DNA of 64,000 bases from Carboxydocellales bacterium. GTDB taxonomy: Bacteria > Bacillota > GCA-003054495 > Carboxydocellales > JAJZTU01. The notes beneath the pieces are model-generated. The model ran no database searches. It was not told the origin of the DNA and saw only the letters and a list, made by a program, of their open reading frames with translations. This document shows positions 29,696 through 39,522 of this stretch, piece by piece. The first letter of the stretch is position 1. Each line of letters begins with the position of its first letter. Location of the stretch: NCBI GenBank assembly GCA_049302075.1, contig JBAQLS010000046.1, forward strand, positions 148,436 through 212,435, given 5' to 3'. Made by a program: the position numbers and the translations under genes.

Positions 29696-31456
29696 TTATA
29701 CTTTAAGTAAAAACGATATAACCTTTTTTGCGTTTCGCGCATATATGGCGGTCATTTTTTCTTCAACAATCGTTAGATTTTTGTTTGCATGAAGATAGTA
29801 TTGAACAATTGGCAGTCGATAAGTATTATTATCAAGCACACGTTCCTTATCACTTTTACTGAGATTCATGAATTCCCGTCCGAGCAAAGATAACGACACT
29901 GTTCCCAACTTATTATCTTTATTCAAAACAATGAGATCTAGAAGTGCCATTATTCTTAATTCGTCGATAAGTGATTTTCTTTCTTTTTGATTGGAAATAC
30001 CAACACAGTCTTCAATATGTTTTATGCTAAAAGTTGCGCTTGAACTATCGGCAAAGATTTTTACCAACAAATCGATATAGTGTCCTGTACTATGGTCAGG
30101 AACGATACAAATACTTCTATCAAGTTCCACCATATCTGTATCATTTTGAATTATATTAACAATCTCATCCCTGGTTAAGTTAATGATAAGCTTAGCCAGA
30201 TATTTACCTACTATGCTATCCCTGGTTTCACACTCAGCATTTTTATATTTTAGGCAGTTACAATCAATCTCCTTTTCATAATACATCTTAATTACTTTTT
30301 CCCTGCTCAAATAACCATTAATAATAGCATCCCAAGTCTCCTTTTTTTCCTTGCATTGCGCACATTCCTGCTTGTTGCAGAATCTTCTACCATACCCCAA
30401 ATTAATAGTATATAAATTCTCATTCATCATCTTCAAATCGAAATATTTTTGAGCTATTTCAGGGTGCTCCGCTTCAAAGTCAACCATAGCACGATAAGCC
30501 GAACAAAACGTATCCGGATTAGGATGATAATATTGATTCCTTTCGCAGAATTCTCGGAAGGACATTTTCTTATAAAATTGGGGCTGGTTACACCATCTCG
30601 CAATTTGGATATATATGCCTTTATACCTACTCACTTTGTAAGCCTCATACCGCATTATATATGGCATACATCCAAATTTCATAAGGATGTGAATTCTCTC
30701 AAATACATCAATGATATCTTTCTCGTCTTGAGAATTATATGCACTTAAAATGTACATTTTGGGGTACTTGTTTGAATATCTCTTCCACAACTGCACTTTG
30801 CTAATGATTACATCTTTGTCGCTTAAATAGTCAAACGCAAAGATAACATCACCATAATATTTCACTTGATTAAGGCGGTGCGCTTTGTGCTCAGTGATTA
30901 ACCTTAAATCAATACCCTGTCTAAATTGAAATGGTTTTCCCGTTTCAACTAATTCATCAATAACTTCTTCCCAGTCGGGATAGCCAAGAATATTATCATC
31001 CCAAAGGTAAATTTTGGGGCGTTTTTCATCTAAAAACTCACGAACATATGCATGCCTCTGTACACGGTCGTATTTTTTATTGACACAAAAAACACACTTC
31101 CTAAAACATCCTCTTGTTGTGAAGCCAATTGAGAAATTCAAATAATCCGAATACCGTTGCATATCTTTACCATTTGCAACTTGATCCTCCCTTATCCCCG
31201 ATAAAACAGCCAAACGGCTAAAGGAGGTCTTACTATAGAAAGCCTTGATTTCCAGATGGTAATACTCCAAAAACCTTGATAGCGTTGGCCTCTCATCGGT
31301 ATCCTCCTGGAAGGAGGCCAGCTTGGTTACTAGCCCGGTCAGTCGTCCAAAGGCACTGCGAATGTTTTCCAGGACATACTCAGACGCCTTTTTCTCCAGC
31401 TGGATAAAACAGCCCTTGGGTAGATTTCCAAAGCCCTCTTTCAAGTCTCGACCCAT
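29696..31456 (-). CDS. Large radical SAM protein with uncharacterised ~250-aa Cys-rich C-terminal domain
   Basis: CxxxCxxC (GCFRKCVFC) preceded by TTR, with a DDN motif shortly after. The ORF is open to 31561, but its first 16 codons cross a perfect 14-bp palindrome/terminator. I place the start at the ATG at 31456; starting instead at the ATG at 31162 would put the Cys motif ~18 aa in. Confidence 0.7.
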   Translation of the reverse strand: MGRDLKEGFGNLPKGCFIQLEKKASEYVLENIRSAFGRLTGLVTKLASFQEDTDERPTLSRFLEYYHLEIKAFYSKTSFSRLAVLSGIREDQVANGKDMQRYSDYLNFSIGFTTRGCFRKCVFCVNKKYDRVQRHAYVREFLDEKRPKIYLWDDNILGYPDWEEVIDELVETGKPFQFRQGIDLRLITEHKAHRLNQVKYYGDVIFAFDYLSDKDVIISKVQLWKRYSNKYPKMYILSAYNSQDEKDIIDVFERIHILMKFGCMPYIMRYEAYKVSRYKGIYIQIARWCNQPQFYKKMSFREFCERNQYYHPNPDTFCSAYRAMVDFEAEHPEIAQKYFDLKMMNENLYTINLGYGRRFCNKQECAQCKEKKETWDAIINGYLSREKVIKMYYEKEIDCNCLKYKNAECETRDSIVGKYLAKLIINLTRDEIVNIIQNDTDMVELDRSICIVPDHSTGHYIDLLVKIFADSSSATFSIKHIEDCVGISNQKERKSLIDELRIMALLDLIVLNKDNKLGTVSLSLLGREFMNLSKSDKERVLDNNTYRLPIVQYYLHANKNLTIVEEKMTAIYARNAKKVISFLLKV

Positions 31457-31499
31457 GCTTCGGGTGGTATTAACCAGTACGATGAGATTTTTTGAGAGT

Positions 31500-31545
31500 G
31501 CAACCCCCAAAACACAAGAAATACTCCTTAGGAGCATGCTCCTAA
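31500..31545 (-). terminator. Perfect palindrome plus T-run: terminator of the SPFH gene
   Basis: tactccttaggagc atg gctcctaaggagta (14-bp arms), followed on the minus strand by tttcttgtgtttt. Confidence 0.6.
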
Positions 31546-31579
31546 GGAGTACATCAAACACTGTTTAATTTAAGAAGGT

Positions 31580-32422
31580 CTATCTTGTTTGATTGATATC
31601 AACGAAAGGAGTCGCTCCACCAGTTACAGTTGGGAGTTTACCGTCCCATTTCTCAATGGCTTTCATTTGAGCTTCAATTTGTCTCAAATCAATTAACTCT
31701 TGAGTAACTTCTTGTTTTTGAAGACGCAGAGATTCGGCTTCAGCTTTAGCCTGCTCAATTTTTTGCTGTGCCTCAACTGTGATCCGTTGCAGGTCAAGCT
31801 TTGCTTTTAAGGCGTTTTGTTCAGCGATTTGTTTTTGCTCAATGGCGTTATTGTATTCTTTACTGAACCTAAATTCAGTAATGTTAATTTCATCTAGAGA
31901 CATAAAGTAAGTTGAAAGTTTAGCGGCAAGGGTTTCCTTAACCTTGGAACTGACTTCTGACCGTTTGGAAATCAGTTCTTCAGCGGTGTATTGTGCAGTA
32001 ACTGCTTTAACTGCTTCACCAATTGCAGGAGCCACAATTCGGTCATCATAGGCTAAACCAACATTTTGATAAAGCTTATTGACTTCGTCCGGAACTAGGT
32101 GAAAGTTTACAGCGACCGTTGTGGTAACAATTTGTAAATCCTTGGAAGCAGCAGTTTGATCTGACTGGGATTTTCCAACTCGCACATCAATGGGGATAAC
32201 TTGTTGAATGAACGGAATTTTAAAATGAAATCCTGGACTCATGACAAGGGGTTTCACTGCGCCTAGTTGAAGTACAACTCCTCGTGTCCCTGCTTGAACA
32301 ACAACGACAGAGTTGAAAGCAATAAAGAGTAGAATAAGCCCTACTATGGCAAGGGGAATTAGTATTCTAGCAGCTTTTTCGCTTGGTTTTGGAATCATGT
32401 TAATCACTTTATCTGGATCCAT
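31580..32422 (-). CDS. SPFH/band-7 (prohibitin/stomatin-like) membrane protein
   Basis: N-terminal TM helix and SPFH core (VVVVQAGTRGVVLQLG...), then a C-terminal coiled coil (EQAKAEAESLRLQKQE...). Confidence 0.85.
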   Translation of the reverse strand: MDPDKVINMIPKPSEKAARILIPLAIVGLILLFIAFNSVVVVQAGTRGVVLQLGAVKPLVMSPGFHFKIPFIQQVIPIDVRVGKSQSDQTAASKDLQIVTTTVAVNFHLVPDEVNKLYQNVGLAYDDRIVAPAIGEAVKAVTAQYTAEELISKRSEVSSKVKETLAAKLSTYFMSLDEINITEFRFSKEYNNAIEQKQIAEQNALKAKLDLQRITVEAQQKIEQAKAEAESLRLQKQEVTQELIDLRQIEAQMKAIEKWDGKLPTVTGGATPFVDINQTR

Positions 32423-32683
32423 TACTCATCCTCCTTAATAAATTCGCTAATTATTTATTTAATTTGACTTCACAACTTATAGCATACCTTATGTGTCACT
32501 ATTTAGCTAGCAAACACTGAATAATTTTTCAAATCGGAATTTTTCAAATCATTTTTTGACATCTGGCAGTACCAGTCCTTCCACATTTTTCAAGCGATCC
32601 ACAACACCACACACTCCACATGTGCTGTATGTGTGAACGTGAACGTGAACATATCCACCGACCAAACCACTATTAGACCCGTG

Positions 32684-32806
32684 TAGGCTGTTGAAAAACC
32701 CGTCCAGCTAGGAAAAATCATTGCCAAGGCCGCAGGTGTACTGGCCGTACATCGAGGACCTTGGCAATGATTTTGACAACGCTGGATGGGGAATTTCAAC
32801 AGCCGT
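32684..32806 (+). repeat. Near-palindromic structured repeat, family 2, copy B
   Basis: taggctgttgaaaaacccgtccagc...ccaaggccgcaggtgtactggccgtacatcgagg...gctggatggggaatttcaacagcc. The middle stem keeps pairing with a different sequence (aaatcattgccaagg / ccttggcaatgattt). Preceded by a (gtgaac)x3 microrepeat. Confidence 0.7.
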
Positions 32807-32807
32807 A

Positions 32808-33761
32808 CTAGATGGTCTCCCATTTTCCGCATCTATCCCCCCACCGGGCCAGCAGCTGTTTATCCACCGAAATATTAATTACCTCGCACAGGTTGGAGCA
32901 CCCCTGGCACTCAAAGCTGCTAGCCCGGTAATCCATATCACTTACCGCAAAGCCCTTAAAGGCCGTCTCCTCCTTATGCTTAACCTCTTCTCTGGCTAAC
33001 AAAGCTACTCCGATGGCCCCCATTACATTAAAATGCTCCGGGATGATGATCTCCTTGCCCAACGCCTTCTCAAAAGCCGCCCTAATCCCCTGGTTGGCAG
33101 CCACCCCACCCTGGAACACTACCGGGGCCAAAACCTCCTTGCCTTTCCCCACATTGTTTAAGTAATTCCGCACCAAGGCTTCACACAGCCCGGCAATAAT
33201 ATCTTCCGTATTATGACCCATCTGTTGTTTATGGATCATATCCGACTCGGCAAATACCGAACACCGCCCGGCAATCCGCACCGGGGTTTTGGACTGTAAC
33301 GCCATATCCCCGAATTCCTCAATAGGAATATTCAGCCGGGAGGCCACTTGATCCAGGAATGACCCTGTTCCTGCCGCACATACCGTATTCATGGCAAAAT
33401 CCGTTACCACCCCGTGGCGCAGCAGAATAATCTTGGAATCCTGTCCCCCGATTTCTAGAATAGTCTGGGCCTGGGGCACCAGATGGGTAGCAGCCACCGC
33501 ATGAGCGGTAATTTCATTTTTGACTACATCCGCTCCCACCATTACGCCGGTAAGGTGGCGGGCGCTGCCGGTAGTCCCTACCCCACAAATCTGAAAATCC
33601 GCAGGCAAAAGGTTAGCCATTTCCCCCAGACCCTGTTTCACAGCCATAATGGGCTGGCCTTTAGTGCGGATATAAATACCTTGCAGTACCTTCCCCTGAG
33701 CATCTATCACCACCACATTGGTACTAACTGAGCCTACATCAATTCCTAAATAGCCGTCCAT
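32808..33761 (-). CDS. BadF/BadG/BcrA/BcrD-type ATPase (acyl-CoA dehydratase-activase family)
   Basis: LGIDVGSVSTNVVVID is the ASKHA phosphate-1 motif, GVGTTGS the phosphate-2 motif, plus conserved Cys pairs. 317 aa. Confidence 0.8.
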   Translation of the reverse strand: MDGYLGIDVGSVSTNVVVIDAQGKVLQGIYIRTKGQPIMAVKQGLGEMANLLPADFQICGVGTTGSARHLTGVMVGADVVKNEITAHAVAATHLVPQAQTILEIGGQDSKIILLRHGVVTDFAMNTVCAAGTGSFLDQVASRLNIPIEEFGDMALQSKTPVRIAGRCSVFAESDMIHKQQMGHNTEDIIAGLCEALVRNYLNNVGKGKEVLAPVVFQGGVAANQGIRAAFEKALGKEIIIPEHFNVMGAIGVALLAREEVKHKEETAFKGFAVSDMDYRASSFECQGCSNLCEVINISVDKQLLARWGDRCGKWETI

Positions 33762-34843
33762 CCTGTCCCCTCCTCCTTCCAGCGCCGTTTCTGCTCTAAC
33801 AGGTCCACAAACGCCTCCAAGCGAGTCTGCAGCCCTGCTTTGCCCGTTTGCTCATCCAGGAACACCGTCAGCACCGGTATCCCCAATTCCCGGCTAATTT
33901 TAGGCATCAGGCTTTTGACCACAATTTCCGGAATGCAGGTGAAGGGAGCTAGTTGAATTACCCCATCGTAGCCCTCCTGGGCGTATAATACAGTTTCCCC
34001 TACGCTGTTAATGCCATGACCCCCGATTAGTTGCGCTAAATAGGGTTGGGCCGCAGTTTTAGCATCGATTTTTTTACTGGTGGTATTCTCCCTGGTCCAA
34101 TCCGTCAGGTAAATGGAACGATTAGCGTAGACTCCCATTTCCCCTAAAGTCCTTTCCACATCCAAGTTTATAAAGGGCTCCAACAGCACATAGATTTCAC
34201 CGATAATGCCAATTTTCAACGGCTTCCTGGACTGATCCTGAGGCAACCCCTTCATAAGCTGAATGGTGCTGCTTTTAGCCTTGGCAATCTCTGCCCTGGT
34301 CTGAGCCAAATCAATCATTTCCACACATTGCTTAAATACCTTGGTAGTCTCTCCTCTGTTTTGCTCATAGGGCCTAACCTTATTGGCTAAAATTTCAATT
34401 TCGTCTAGGGCGCAAAGCTTAGCCCAGCTTTCTCGATACACCTTCACAAAGTTCAGCCAGGAAGTCCCCCCCGTCTTTAGCATTCGTCTAACCTTTTTTA
34501 GAAAGCTAAAGGGTTCCTGGAAGATGGATTCAAAAACTATCATTTCGAATTTATAGCCCAGACTTTTTAAAATTCGTTCATGGAGCATCCCATAAATACC
34601 GGCGCGACAGGGTCCATTGCCTCCGGAGGTAATAATTAATTCTGCCCCTAGCTCCAAAGCTTCAATATAACTCCCTAGAATCACCTTAAAAGGAATACAG
34701 GCAAACTCCGGAGCATGTTGGGTTCCATAAGTAAGGGTCCGTTTGCTGGGAGGTGGCGGCACCAAAGCCTGGTGACCCAAGTTGTTAACTAAATGTTTAA
34801 AGGCAATATGGGAGGTCCCCATATATGGAAAGGTTACTTTCAT
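33746..34843 (-). CDS. DUF2229 'CoA-enzyme activase' domain protein (subunit b)
   Basis: Paralog of 26811-27902. Overlaps both neighbouring genes, consistent with translational coupling in an operon. Confidence 0.65.
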   Translation of the reverse strand: MKVTFPYMGTSHIAFKHLVNNLGHQALVPPPPSKRTLTYGTQHAPEFACIPFKVILGSYIEALELGAELIITSGGNGPCRAGIYGMLHERILKSLGYKFEMIVFESIFQEPFSFLKKVRRMLKTGGTSWLNFVKVYRESWAKLCALDEIEILANKVRPYEQNRGETTKVFKQCVEMIDLAQTRAEIAKAKSSTIQLMKGLPQDQSRKPLKIGIIGEIYVLLEPFINLDVERTLGEMGVYANRSIYLTDWTRENTTSKKIDAKTAAQPYLAQLIGGHGINSVGETVLYAQEGYDGVIQLAPFTCIPEIVVKSLMPKISRELGIPVLTVFLDEQTGKAGLQTRLEAFVDLLEQKRRWKEEGTGWTAI

Positions 34844-35826
34844 CGGGCTTCCCTCCTCATCCGTACCATATCTACAAAGGCCTCTATCCGGGTTTGCATC
34901 CCCGCCTCTCCCGAGTGCTCATCTATGGTTATAGTCATAAAGGGGGTTGGTCCCTTTTCCCGGGCTTCCAGCTCGATTAACTTATCCACCATGGCATCCG
35001 GCCCACAGCCAAAAGCGGAAAGGTGAATTATCCCGTCAATATGGGGCTGCTCTATATAGTAGAATGCCGCCCTGATCACCAAATTGCTATAGTGCCAAAA
35101 TAGCGTCTTGGGTAGTTTTTTAGCCTGGCGGCGCAGCTCTCGGGCGGATACCATTTCTGCCGTCCACACCTTTACCCCCATTTTCTCCAAGTATTTTAAC
35201 ATGTTGACACTTACATAGGAATCATAAACCTCATAAGGATAACCAACTACTGCTAGGTTAACCAATCTAGCCTTGGCAATCAGAGGCATTTTCCCAGGGT
35301 TTTGCTCAACCCCGCTTAAGTAATCCAGGGCCTCCTGAGGGCGAAGCTTCCCCAGCAAAAGCTGTTGGTATTTCTTCTGGGCCTTCACCGCTTTATAATA
35401 GGCACCCATCACCAACCACAAGCCTTTACCCAGCTTTCCCCCGATTTCCCGGCACACCCGGAAAAGTTCAAACTTACCCCGTTTTAAGTCTATCCTGGTA
35501 TCAATAATTCCCGGCAGACCTTCTATGGAGTGTTTAATCATATCCGGCAACCCTAAAAATTTAGGGCAAAAGGTAGCCTCCCTAGTCACACTCACCATGC
35601 GCGGGATAAATAAATAGTCTACCTTGTCCTTTAAGGCTAATACATGACCATGAAAAAGCTTTACCGGTACACAGGCATCATTGACCGCTTCAGCTACACC
35701 ACAATCCATAATTTCTTTAGAAGTTGTGGGCGAAGCTACCACTTCAAAACCCAATTCTTCAAAGAAAGTTTTCCATAAGGGGAAATAACTGAAGTAAATC
35801 AGCGTTGTCGGAATTCCGATTCTCAT
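34840..35826 (-). CDS. DUF2229-related 'CoA-enzyme activase' domain protein (subunit a)
   Basis: MRIGIPTTLIYFSYFPLWKTFFEELGFEVV... is a distant relative of the same family. It is the first gene of the three-gene operon. Confidence 0.55.
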   Translation of the reverse strand: MRIGIPTTLIYFSYFPLWKTFFEELGFEVVASPTTSKEIMDCGVAEAVNDACVPVKLFHGHVLALKDKVDYLFIPRMVSVTREATFCPKFLGLPDMIKHSIEGLPGIIDTRIDLKRGKFELFRVCREIGGKLGKGLWLVMGAYYKAVKAQKKYQQLLLGKLRPQEALDYLSGVEQNPGKMPLIAKARLVNLAVVGYPYEVYDSYVSVNMLKYLEKMGVKVWTAEMVSARELRRQAKKLPKTLFWHYSNLVIRAAFYYIEQPHIDGIIHLSAFGCGPDAMVDKLIELEAREKGPTPFMTITIDEHSGEAGMQTRIEAFVDMVRMRREAR

Positions 35827-36029
35827 CCAGCCACTGCTCCTTTTGGGCCTTTATCCCCCAATTTAATCTTACGTACCGCTTAATGTATATTTACGGATTT
35901 AGCTATATTTTATTATTAAATAAAAATAGGTGTCAACCATACATTGCAATACACTAACGTTGCATTAAAATAATTTTGAACAGAGTTAAATTTTTTATCT
36001 CTAATTTGCTCTCATTCACAAATCGTCTA

Positions 36030-37172
36030 TTATTCCTTTACTTCCACACCATCGGCTAATCGATCTGCCCCTTGAACAACAATCAGCTCACCCGCATGCA
36101 AACCCTGGACAATAACTGTTGATTCTTCACTTCTAAGACCTGTATGAACAGCGGTTTTCACTGCTTTACCTTCTTTCACGACCATGACATAATCCTTGTC
36201 GTCCCGTCTCAGAAGCGCAAAATTGGGAATGACTAAAACCGATGGATTTTTCACAGTAATTTTAGCCGTAGCCGTCATCCCTGCTTTTAACACACCCTCC
36301 GGATTATCTACGGCTACTTTTACCGGGAAAAACTGTCCCGTTGGAATGGATATTGGACTGACATAAGAAATTTTTCCCGTAAAGGTTCGGTTTGGAATAG
36401 AATCTACGGTGACTTCTACAGGATTTTCTACCTTAACATAGTTTATATAGCTCTCTGAGAGATTTCCAGTTAAAGCCAGTTGATTTGTTGCTATAATCGT
36501 TGCTACAGGGATGCCGGGGCCAACCGTATCTCCAACAGAAACATTACATGTTACTAAAATTCCATTGATCGGACTCTTGATATCCATTTTTGCTAAATTT
36601 ATGTTGATTGCATTGATTGTTGCTTGAGTTGCATTAAGACCCGCCCCTTTAGCAGCTTCATATTGGAATTTGGCAATATCCCTTTTTAAGGAAATTTGTT
36701 CCATTTGTTGTTGGGAAGTCGCTCCTGACTTATAGAGTTCCTGATATCGAGTATAATCCTTTTCCGAGTTTTCATAATTGATATGGGCCTGTTCTGCCAA
36801 TGCCTGACTATTGGCAAGCCCTGCTTTGGCCTGTTCTAGTTGGTTTAACAGGTCTGTTTTGTCTAAGGAAATAATATTATCTCCCTTTTTAACAAAGGTT
36901 CCTTCCTTAGCTCTTACTGCAATGACTTTTCCCGGAAGTTGGGCACTTAGATTGGACTTTTCCTGAACATCAATGACCCCGGTTAATGCTAAATCTCCGC
37001 CAAAATCCTGTAATTTGACTTCATCCGTTTTTACGAGTACTGGGGCTCCGACAGGGTCAGCGGCAGGTTTCGCTGGAATAGCGCATCCTATAAGAGCCAT
37101 AAATCCTGCTAAGGCTAAAAGGATCAGACTTATTTTTTTTTTATTTAGAACATTTGTGTTCATTTTCAACAT
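36030..37172 (-). CDS. Efflux membrane-fusion (periplasmic adaptor) lipoprotein, HlyD/RND-adaptor family
   Basis: Lipobox (ALIGC), then a coiled-coil hairpin, lipoyl-like and beta-barrel domains. The ORF is open to 37223, but starting at MLKMN avoids overlap. Confidence 0.75.
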   Translation of the reverse strand: MLKMNTNVLNKKKISLILLALAGFMALIGCAIPAKPAADPVGAPVLVKTDEVKLQDFGGDLALTGVIDVQEKSNLSAQLPGKVIAVRAKEGTFVKKGDNIISLDKTDLLNQLEQAKAGLANSQALAEQAHINYENSEKDYTRYQELYKSGATSQQQMEQISLKRDIAKFQYEAAKGAGLNATQATINAININLAKMDIKSPINGILVTCNVSVGDTVGPGIPVATIIATNQLALTGNLSESYINYVKVENPVEVTVDSIPNRTFTGKISYVSPISIPTGQFFPVKVAVDNPEGVLKAGMTATAKITVKNPSVLVIPNFALLRRDDKDYVMVVKEGKAVKTAVHTGLRSEESTVIVQGLHAGELIVVQGADRLADGVEVKE

Positions 37173-37191
37173 AATCCTTATCCTCTTTTCG

Positions 37192-37893
37192 TTATTCTGT
37201 GATATGGATTTTGGCCGTAACACTCGTCCCGGGTAAAAGCCCCAGTTTATTTATTTCCGGAAAGCGTATTTTTAGCGGAATCCGTTGCGTAACTTTGGTA
37301 AAGTTACCATTGGCAGATTGCATCGGTAAAATAGCAAAAGTTGAAAGTGCTGCTTTCCCAAGCTCATCTACCCTTCCCTGAAAGGTTTTTCCGGGTAAGG
37401 CATCAATCTTCAGTTCAACAAGTTGACCGACTTTTACTTTCCCTATTTCAGTTTCATCAATATTCACATCAACAAAGAGATCGCTTGTATCGGCTATCAC
37501 CGCGAGAGGTTGCCCAGTTCCGGCTAATTGCCCTACACGTACGGAAGTCTTAATCACTTGGCCGGAAATTGGTGCGGTAATCTCCGCTTTACTAACCACG
37601 ATGCTTCCTACGGGATTAATCGCACTGGGGTTTACACTCGCTGTACTGGCAATAGCATTTGTATCCTGCCACCCAATCGTTGCTCCGGCTTTAACATATT
37701 CCCCTTCAGAAACATTCCATGATGTTATTTTACCCGAGATGATCGGGCTTACATTTACTGTATAAGCATTAATACGTGCGTCATCCGTAGTAATATAACG
37801 AGACATTTGATACCAATAATAACCTCCAATTCCCCCGCCAATTATTAAGAGTACAATAAGTACCACTGAAATTACGATCTTTTGATTTTTCAT
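37192..37893 (-). CDS. HlyD-family membrane-fusion protein (EmrA-like, short)
   Basis: N-terminal TM anchor (IVISVVLIVLLIIGGGIGG), biotinyl/lipoyl-like half-motifs and a beta-barrel. Confidence 0.7.
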   Translation of the reverse strand: MKNQKIVISVVLIVLLIIGGGIGGYYWYQMSRYITTDDARINAYTVNVSPIISGKITSWNVSEGEYVKAGATIGWQDTNAIASTASVNPSAINPVGSIVVSKAEITAPISGQVIKTSVRVGQLAGTGQPLAVIADTSDLFVDVNIDETEIGKVKVGQLVELKIDALPGKTFQGRVDELGKAALSTFAILPMQSANGNFTKVTQRIPLKIRFPEINKLGLLPGTSVTAKIHITE

Positions 37894-37912
37894 GATTCTT
37901 CTTCCTCATTTC

Positions 37913-39457
37913 TTAACTTTGTTTTTCCCCACGAATCAAAACCATGATAGGCTTTTGAACTAAGAAAAGGGCAGGTAATATACCGATTAAGCCTAAGATC
38001 ATATTGGCGTAGAACGCATCTTGAAACGCTAAAACAGCCGCTTTTTCCTGGGCTATCCTATACAGAGTCAATAAATTAAGCACTTGGGCCTCAGGAGACT
38101 GAAGTCCCAAACCTTGAAATAAGGGAGTTAACGGTTCAAAGGACTGCACAGTATATGACCACGGGGTGGCGGTTGTAGCTAAATTAGCATAATGCCAAGG
38201 AGTCCGCTGCTGAATCAAGCTGGTAAGAATTGCTACGCCTACGGCACTTCCAATTTGACGTACCATATTAAAAAATGCTGACCCCTGATTAACTAATTCA
38301 TTTGGTAGCGAACTATAGGCTAACGTAACAGAAGGCATGATACCGAGACCAAGCCCCACTCCTATAATGAATAAGTACTGTCTAATTGCGCTTATACTTG
38401 TATTGATATCAAGATTAACGAAAAATAATGAGCCGAGCGTCATAATTACAATCCCAACAATGGTTAATATTGATCCTCCAATCCGGGGGAGAAGAACAGC
38501 ACTGACTGGAATGAAGAGAATAATACCCAAAACTTCCGGCAACAGCATCATGCCAGTTTCCATAGCACCTAATCCACTAAGTTGTTGCAAGAATAAAGGC
38601 AGGAGAAAGAGGCTGCCAAATAAACTCATGATAATAAAAAATGTAACGACTAGGGAACTTGAATAAATTCGGTTTTTAAATATTCTTAAGTCCAATATAG
38701 GATCAGTCGAATAGGCTTCCACAAGAAAAAACAAAATTAAACTACCTATCGCAATAAAAAAGAGAAAAACAATATTAAAAGACGTCCAACCTTCGTCGGT
38801 TCCGTTACTTAGAGCTAAGAGCAACGTAGAGAAACCTAATGCCGATAGTACAAAACCCCAAAAATCAAATTTTTTAGCAATCGTTTCAAATTCGTGTAAT
38901 AAAAAATATGATGCGTAGATCGCCAACAAACCGATGGGGAGGTTGATCCAAAAAATCATCCTCCAATTATAAGTCTCGACCAAATATCCACCGATCGTTG
39001 GTCCAATGGCAGGAGCAATCAGTAAAGGAATACCCATCAATCCCATAGCCAATGGGAGTTCTTTTTTAGTAAAGGTTTTCTCAACGATGGACAAAGCCAG
39101 AGGCATAATCATACCTCCACCAACCGCTTGGATAATCCGAAAGAAAATAAGGGTATTAATATTCCAAGCCAATGCAGATAAGATAGAACCGCCCATAAAA
39201 ATAAAGAGACTCAAAAGATATATCTTTTTCATTCCTCTTGTATCCGCCCAATAAGCCGTAATCGGTTCAAAAACACCGATGGTTACCATGTAAGCGGTAA
39301 CAATATACTGAGAAAGACGTATATCTGTCCCAAGTTCCAACATAATATCTGGGATGGCAACGTTAACAATCGTCATATCCATGATATCCATAGATAACCC
39401 TAGAACAACAGCAATTAGGCAAAGCCATTTCCCCCATTTTCCAAACATAATCCTCAC
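37913..39457 (-). CDS. MFS drug:H+ antiporter, DHA2 (EmrB/QacA) family, 14 TMS
   Basis: 514 aa, 14 predicted TM segments, MFS motif A-like loops. Operon with two membrane-fusion proteins. Confidence 0.85.
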   Translation of the reverse strand: MRIMFGKWGKWLCLIAVVLGLSMDIMDMTIVNVAIPDIMLELGTDIRLSQYIVTAYMVTIGVFEPITAYWADTRGMKKIYLLSLFIFMGGSILSALAWNINTLIFFRIIQAVGGGMIMPLALSIVEKTFTKKELPLAMGLMGIPLLIAPAIGPTIGGYLVETYNWRMIFWINLPIGLLAIYASYFLLHEFETIAKKFDFWGFVLSALGFSTLLLALSNGTDEGWTSFNIVFLFFIAIGSLILFFLVEAYSTDPILDLRIFKNRIYSSSLVVTFFIIMSLFGSLFLLPLFLQQLSGLGAMETGMMLLPEVLGIILFIPVSAVLLPRIGGSILTIVGIVIMTLGSLFFVNLDINTSISAIRQYLFIIGVGLGLGIMPSVTLAYSSLPNELVNQGSAFFNMVRQIGSAVGVAILTSLIQQRTPWHYANLATTATPWSYTVQSFEPLTPLFQGLGLQSPEAQVLNLLTLYRIAQEKAAVLAFQDAFYANMILGLIGILPALFLVQKPIMVLIRGEKQS

Positions 39458-39522
39458 CTCCTGGGGAGTATTTGCTTTAAATACCTAAAAGGCCCAAAAA
39501 ATATATAAATCAATTTCTTTAA

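Noticed and set aside
32590-32832. 80-aa ORF on the minus strand spanning family-2 repeat copy B
   Set aside because: Read-through of a palindromic repeat and a (gtgaac)x3 microrepeat. No RBS, and it overlaps the BadF ATPase 3' end.
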